Shown here: in pieces, positions 57,053-64,000 of the stretch
Layout: each line of letters opens with the position of its first letter
How positions within the stretch are numbered: position 1 is the first letter of the stretch
Assembly: GCA_964016885.1 (NCBI GenBank)
Contig: OZ024742.1
Span: 28,644,001-28,708,000 of the forward strand
Origin: Eledone cirrhosa
Taxonomy: Eukaryota
Length of the DNA stretch: 64,000 nt
Direction: 5' to 3'
Position numbers and translations under genes: made by a program
The notes under the pieces: model-generated
Database searches by the model: none
The model's input: the letters and a program-made list of their open reading frames with translations, nothing else
What the model was told of the DNA's origin: nothing

Positions 57053-57938
57053 TGTACTCCACAAGAAAGTATTTCCAACTTCACATTGTTAATTCACATT
57101 AATCCGTCAGTATTATGTTAATCTTTCACTAATCCTTTCTACTCTGGTGGCGGCGGTGGGGATGGTGATGTAGTGGTGGTGGTGGTGGTAGTGGAGATGG
57201 TGATGTAGTGGCGGTGGTGGTAGTGGGAGGTGAAGTAATTGTTGTGGTAGATGTGGTGTTGATCTAGAGGTGGTGGCTGCCGTGGTGGTGATGTAGTGGT
57301 GGCGGCGGAAGTGGGGTGTGGTGCTGGTGGTAGTGTGGATGATGGTGGTGAAGTAGTGGTGGCGGTGGTGAAGTAGTGGGAGGTGTGGTGGTGAAGTAGT
57401 GGTGGTAGTGGAGATTGTGGTGGTGGTGGAGGAAGTGGGATGTGTGGTGGTGACGAGGTGAAGGTTTGGGAGATAACTGTGGTGAAGTGGTTGCGGTAGT
57501 TGTGGGGTATAGTGAAGAAGTGGTTATGGTGGTGATGGCGACGCTAGTGGGGGGTTGTTGTGAAGTGGTTGCGGCGCTGGTGGTGGTGGGATCATCGTTG
57601 TCATCGTCATCGTGGTGGTAGTTATGATGATTAATAGTGGTAGTGATGGTGGTAGGCATTGTGATGGTGGTGGTGGTGGTGATTTTTATTGGGGGGGGGG
57701 GCGGATGTTGGTGTTGTGACAGTTGGAGTGGTTGCAGAGATGGTGGTGGTGTTACTGGTGGTAGTAATGATCATTAATGGTGGAGATGGTGGTGGTAATC
57801 CTGGTGGTGATTTGGGGGGGATGTTGGTGTTGTGATAGTTGTGGTGGTTGCAGAGATGGTGGTGGTTATGGCGAAGGTGGTGGTATTATGATAGTTGTAA
57901 TTATCAAACAATCATGATAGACTTGAGAAGCAGAACAC

Positions 57939-58463
57939 ATGTCATACCACACCCATGGCAGCGTGTCCAGCCTCAGGTGACTACAGCCCCACCTTATGTG
58001 ATACCACACCCATGGCAACTTGTCCAGCCTCAGGTGACTACAGCCCCACCTTATAATGTGATACCACACCCATGACACCTTGTCCAGCCTCAGGTGACTA
58101 CAGTGCTACCTTATTATGTGATATCACACCAATGGCAGCTTGTCCAGCCTCAGGTGATTACAGCCCCACCTTATAATGTGTTTCCACACCCATGACACCT
58201 AATCCAGCCCAAGGTGACTTCAGCCCTACCTTATGTGATACCACACCAATGACAGCTTGTCCAGCCTCAGGCGACTACAGCCCTACCTTATGTGATACCA
58301 CACCAATGACAGCTTGTCCAGCCTCAGGCGACTACAGCCCTACCTTATGTGATACCACATCCATGGCAGCTTATCCAGCCTCAGGTGACTACAGCCCTAC
58401 CTTATGTGATACCACATCCATGGCAGCTTATCCAGCCTCAGGTGACTACAGCCCCACCTTATG
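57939..58463. repeat. 57/60-bp minisatellite x9
   Basis: GTGATACCACACCCATGGCAGCTTGTCCAGCCTCAGGTGACTACAGCCCCACCTTAT. Confidence 0.95.
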
Positions 58464-58469
58464 ATACTG

Positions 58470-59400
58470 AAACAATTCACCCCGGAGATTCTATTCACAA
58501 GTAATGCTGCTCTTGTTAACCAGGGAGTTAGCGCTGCAGTGTACAACATCCTGCTTTCCAGAGGTTGCCAAACATTTCAGACTTGAAATCAGCCCTCACT
58601 TCAGGGCGAATACAAATCTCCCTAGGTCATCATCGACGAGTTAGAACTAAAGACGGTCTGACAGATTCACCTAATTGTGGTTTATCACCACACCAGATGT
58701 CAAAGATCAAAGACGTTGACATTTAAGTAGCCAATGACATTCAGAAGGTTTTGTCCAAAGGAGTCTGAGACAATGTCACATCCGAGGAGGAACACAAAGA
58801 CCAACATATACAAAGTCGTTATTACTGACCACCTGCCTGTACGGCTGTAAATAGTGGAGTACCTAAGACTACTTGAGTACTACTACCAACGTTGTCCCCT
58901 CACTAGAAACAACAGTTATATACCTATAGTCACCATCATCAGCTCCTAACAACAGTTACAGACCTTTAGTCACCATCATCAGCTCCTAACAACAGTTACA
59001 GACCTATAGTCACCATCATCAGCTCCTATACTGTTGCCACTTGCACTACCTCCTCACTATAAGCAACAGTGATATACCTATAGTCACCATCATCGTTATA
59101 TACTTATAGTCACTAGCGCTGCATCTTGACCATATTCAACATGTACGGAAATTATTTCTTCACCAGCATTGAAGGTCTTGGAACTGGCAGATGTTATCAG
59201 AACCGACGTCATTCTGTTAATAATGCCGCTCTAGAACACCCACCAGGTCATCCTGACAGAGGGTGATTGAAGGTTACACCGAGGTACAAGAATCCTACTG
59301 CCGCCTATCATATTGAACATCACACGTAACCTGAAATAGTTTCTCATCATAAGGCCATTGATAATGGATAGAGTGCTAAGCTTGGAGTTAAAAGGAAATG
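58470..59400 (+). pseudogene. Decayed RTE-clade LINE, RT C-terminal region
   Basis: Fragments EILFTSNAALV (cf. LFADDAALV), NTKTNIYKVV and LTTCLYGCK*W (cf. TK..VY.AVV.TTLLYGCE.W), H*RCILTIFN and VLELADV; interrupted by a 40-bp tandem repeat at ~58905-59115. Confidence 0.7.
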
Positions 59401-60927
59401 AAAAAATAACAGATAAACAGCTTCATTGAATACAGAAAAGAATTTCCCAAGCAGTTGCTATGGGCGGCTCTGGTTGTCTCTTACTGGCGTCGCCAGACAC
59501 TAGTGGACCTTCATTAGATATTAGTCCCAGGTGACCCCTAATCCACCATCATATAGAACCAGAAGGGTTCCAGCATGATTAGACAATGTATTTGTTATTG
59601 TCGTATCTAGTGTTTGGCCTTATGAGGACCCTCATACACAAAAAATTAAAATGCACAGCAAACCCCCCAATTTTACATATCAACGTTAGCTTGGCGAATG
59701 TAATTGGAACTGAAACGTTATACATACAGGTGTTAAATTAAATAATTCTAACCATCTTAAAGTTAAAACGCCCAGCTGAGGGCACAAATAAATTGCTATG
59801 GCCGTCGCTGGTGTGATCCCCCACCACAGAGGGCCCGGTACAATTGCCCCCCCCGCCCTCATTAAATCCGAACATGATCATCCTAAGTTTTTTTTCTAGA
59901 AAATGTATCCAAGATTATATTATCTAATGTAGCCGTCCATTTTTGTTTTTTGTTAGTCTAAGAGATTAAAGGCTGCTTCTAGAGAGACTTCACTGCTATT
60001 TCTAGCAGCCTGAACAACACATAGTACTTTCCCTACCCAGGAATCCAAATTTCTGTAAAAGAAGCTTAGTATTTATGAACCCTCACTGACACTATGTAGG
60101 AATAACCGACATGTTGTGTGATATTCGTTCTTAATAACAAACATTCATAATAATTCTTATTTGATTATTGATAAACTCATAGTTGTATAATCCAATAAAG
60201 ACTGACAATATTGCAGAACCAATAAATATATCCAAGTGATGTTTAGGTTATGTGTGATGAATAAAAAGGTGTGGCACCACATTATTTATCCTTCTACCCA
60301 CAATACTTAGACAACCTTTCTTTGCCTGCTTCTTCGCCCACTTAATCCTCAGAGGGTCGTGAGGGCAGAATTCTCAAGCTCTCCTTCCCCCGGGTCCAAT
60401 CAGAAGCAACCGTCTCCAACTGATCCGACAGGATCCCCAAGCGAAATAGCTTTATAAAAATCATTGGTTAAACTGAATAGCAAGTAGATCTTTCGACGAT
60501 TTGGTGGACTTCTATTATCATTTGTACTGTAGTGTAGACAAGTGTACTACTGTGCAGTGTAATGTAATGTAGTATAATGCACTGGTATATAATATAATAT
60601 AATATAGAAGAGTAGACTAGTATAATACTGTATATTAAAATAGTTATATTCTCTTATGGCTTATAAAGTTATTGACTAAACATTAGATATCTGCATGCAA
60701 TATATTTAACCTAATTTGAGCTGTTTAACACATCAACCACTGTCATCCCTGACTATAAGATTCAAACCATCGTTATGTTTTCTGTAATATGTATGTGTGG
60801 TAGGTAGTTGACTGGTGTGTGGCGGCGCTGCTCGGTTGGTGTGTGAGAACACTCCATTATAACAGAAACCTATCAGGCACGGAAATCAAAAACATTGCTA
60901 TTCTCCAAAACCCCACTCGCTGTGTGC

Positions 60928-61011
<84 letters not shown>

Positions 61012-61015
<4 letters not shown>

Positions 61016-61140
61016 ACCCAGTGTATATCTTCGAGAAAGGTACTCAATAGGTAAGTATAGATTGGTCATGTTTGTTTTGTCATAGAAATGACTTCAACAG
61101 GACTAGAACTTTTTCATTCTTAAGAAATCATCAGGAAATA
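61012..61140 (-). mobile_element. Single-arm family B element with mutated hammerhead
   Basis: Minus: CTGATGA-TTTC-TTAA-GAAT-GAAAAAGTTCTAGTCCTGTTGAAG; GTACTCAATA at 61040-61049. Confidence 0.7.
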
Positions 61141-61148
61141 CAAAGACT

Positions 61149-62322
61149 TGTAGCGTTAAACACAGTATATAGCGTTAAAGACAATATATAGCGTTAAAGA
61201 CAATCTATAGTGTTAAACACTGTGTAGCGTTATAGACCATATATAACGTTAAACACAGTGTGTAGCGTTAAAACAAAATGTAGCATTATAGAGAATATGT
61301 AGCGTTATAGACAATATATAGCGTTAAAGACAATATATAGCGTTAAACACAGTACATAGCGTTATAGAAAATATATAACGTTAAATACAATATGTAGCGT
61401 TATAGACAATATATAGCGTTAAAGACAATATATAGCGTTAAAGACAATATAAAGCGTTAAAGACAATGTGTAGCGTTAAAGACAATATATAGCGTTAAAG
61501 ACAATATATAGCGTTATAGACAATGTGTAGCGTTAAACACAATATATAGCGTCAAAGACAATATGTAGCGTTAAAGACAATATATAGCGTTAAAGACCAT
61601 ATATAGCGTTAAACACAGTGTGTAGCGTTAAAACAAAATGTAGCATTATAGAGAATATGTAGCGTTATAGACAATATATAGCGTTAAAGACAATATATAG
61701 CGTTAAACACAGTACATAGCGTTATAGAAAATATATAACGTTAAATACAATATGTAGCGTTATAGACAATATATAGCGTTAAAGACAATATATAGCGTTA
61801 AACACAGTACATAGCGTTATAGAAAATATATAACGTTAAATACAATATGTAGCGTTATAGACAATATATAGCGTTAAAGACAATATATAGCGTTAAAGAC
61901 AATGTGTAGCGTTAAAGACAATATATAGCGTTAAAGACAATATATAGCGTTAAACACAATATATAGCGTTATAGACAATGTGTAGCGTTAAACACAATAT
62001 ATAGCGTCAAAGACAATATGTAGCGTTAAAGACAATATATAGCGTTAAAGACAATATATAGCGTTAAAGACAATATATAGCGTTAAAGACAATATATAGC
62101 GTTAAAAACCATATATAGCGTTAAAGACAATATATAGCGTCAAAGACCGTATAGTGTTAAAGACAATATATATAGCGTTAAAGACAATATATATAGCGTT
62201 AAAGACAATGTGTAGTGTTATAAACACAGTGTCTAGCGTTAAAACACAATATGTAGCTTTAAAAACAATATATAGCGTTAAAAACACAGTGTGTAGTTAC
62301 AAAAACACAGTGTGTAGCTTTA
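61149..62322. repeat. 19-bp minisatellite with higher-order duplication
   Basis: GCGTTAAAGACAATATATA; block ~61250-61440 recurs 360 bp downstream. Confidence 0.95.
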
Positions 62323-62815
62323 AAGAACTTCATTTTGTTTCTAGCAAACTGTCGTTCATGTTCGTAATCAATAACAATTACATATGTACTTTTAACAAAT
62401 ATGTTAAAGCTATACTCAATTTATCTACATAATTTATATGTAATTAGCTTCATAGATTTCATGCTAGAGGAGGAATTACTGGGCGAAATATAAAGTAATA
62501 TAGAGAAAAGTTGCTAAAATAATTATAATGAAATGACCTCCCGTCAACAGATTACGACGGCATGCTAATCTACCAGAATGTGATATATATATTTGTGTAT
62601 ACATATATGTATGTGTGAGTGAGTAACTATATGTGTATGCATGTGCGTATGCGTGTGTACGTGTCTGAGAAATAGGAACAATTAATATAAACAATTATTA
62701 ACCAATCACAATTATCATTAATAATTTGCATCTTTCTGTCGGTTACAATATATTGAAGTCATTCAACATATTTCGTATGGCTTTTTTTCTTTTTACATAT
62801 AGAATATAGAATAGA

Positions 62816-63135
62816 TCTCCGTCAGTTCTCAGGATGACTGTTCCAATTATCGATGGAGCAGTCTGATCATGAAAATAACATACGTGGCCGAGCATTCCAC
62901 AGATACTCTCAACGTACTTCACAGGAAGATTCAGCTCGTCAGTGTTTGACAAGACTGGCTTTTGAATTACAGGTACAGTACTCCATCCGACGAGATGCCG
63001 AGCAATTTCCGTCAACCCAATGTATCTCACAAGGCATGGGTCGATCTGTGGCTATAGTGAATAACATTTGCCCAAGATTGGATCAAACTCGAGTCTTAAT
63101 AATTACGAAGTAAACTCATTAACCATTTGGCCATG
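62816..63135 (-). mobile_element. tRNA-derived SINE, family S2
   Basis: CTCCGTCAGTT...GTGGCCGAGCATTCCACAGATAC...TTTGAATTACAGGTACA...TTAACCATTTGGCCA. Confidence 0.65.
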
Positions 63136-64000
63136 CTGAGCCCACAGATTTTACATATACCTACATACATGAAGGAAGTTGACTAAAAGAAACAAGGCCT
63201 GCTCTACAGTTACTATATTGGTATCTCTCAAACAGACGATTCCCTGGATGCCCTCCTTTAGAAAGAGAAAGTTTTTCCATAGGATACCAACAACTTCGGG
63301 TTCACAAGCGCTACTACAGATTCACCAATGATACGGATGATTTTGCTTCTTTAATGAACCATAAAGCAAAGATGACTTTTTAACTCGATGAATATGTTAG
63401 CCCTCACCACAATCGAATTCAATCCAATCCAGGGCCTTCTCACACCTGTTGCATGAACTCCTCCCTCGTTGACCACCACCTCTTTCTGTTTGGTTTTGGT
63501 CATGTCTTCAGGAGTGTAGCTGTAGCTCACCACAGTTGGCCAATTGCGGGTTATTGAGGCTACCTAATCCATAATTGGGGTAGATTTTCGTCGACTCTAA
63601 GGAGTCCATCCGCTCTTTTAAAAGCTCTTTATTTTTGTGGTGGAGGATTCCACTTACCATCCACAACTGACTAAGGTCGGGTGGGGTAGCCTGTTTAGTC
63701 ACCGATTACTCGACCATGAAGCAGGTTGTACAGGGTCACATGGTACCAGTAGCAGACAGAAGCCCGACTTGACATAAGCCCTCACATTAGCGCTAAATAT
63801 TGGATCTGGGAGTACTGGAATGAACAAAACTTGCCTAGGCTTATATTTACCTAAAATAGACATAATCACACGAATTCATTATATTTTGAATAAATTGCTT
63901 TAAAAAGATGATTGAAATCTCCAGCCGCCCTAGACTGGAGATTCACTCAAAAATATTACATTTCAATCATCCACAGGATGGTTACATTTATTAATTCCGA

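Noticed and set aside
55189-57121. Metallothionein-like or mucin-like ORFs
   Set aside because: 72-bp tandem repeat open in multiple frames on both strands, with frame-breaking deletions.
59770-59878. Possible hAT MITE end (GGGCCCGG...TAAATCCG)
   Set aside because: No matching second TIR or 8-bp TSD found.
54868-62322. CRISPR-like appearance of repeat arrays
   Set aside because: Units are contiguous with no unique spacers, there are no cas genes, and the context is eukaryotic.
63150-63760. Possible RTE 5' or endonuclease remnant on the minus strand
   Set aside because: Only vague resemblance; no motif could be read with confidence.

Overview
Repeat-dense, AT-rich eukaryotic DNA. The SINE families and microsatellite load suggest an octopus-type cephalopod genome (inference, no search run). 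Almost all ORFs in the six-frame track are translations of micro- or minisatellites and are not genes. One credible coding exon was found: a minus-strand first exon at 42859-42955 encoding a signal-peptide-like sequence with a GTAAGT donor, so much of 1-42850 may be one long intron. The window also holds two tRNA-SINE-like families, mariner-type MITEs, a non-autonomous Helitron, decayed LINE fragments (L1/Tx1, RTE, APE-bearing) and several minisatellites. The main observation is a set of at least three sequence-unrelated families of 120-460 bp fold-back elements that sit almost always in (TA)n tracts. They contain type I hammerhead ribozyme cores (complete in families B and C, 3' half only in family A), form copy-specific perfect palindromes with arms up to 181 bp, and share a 10-nt TRTTGAGTRC motif in an unpaired 3' tail. 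They look like Penelope-like retroelement (PLE) pLTR remnants or retrozyme-like mini-elements. Five are stacked at 44640-46140.
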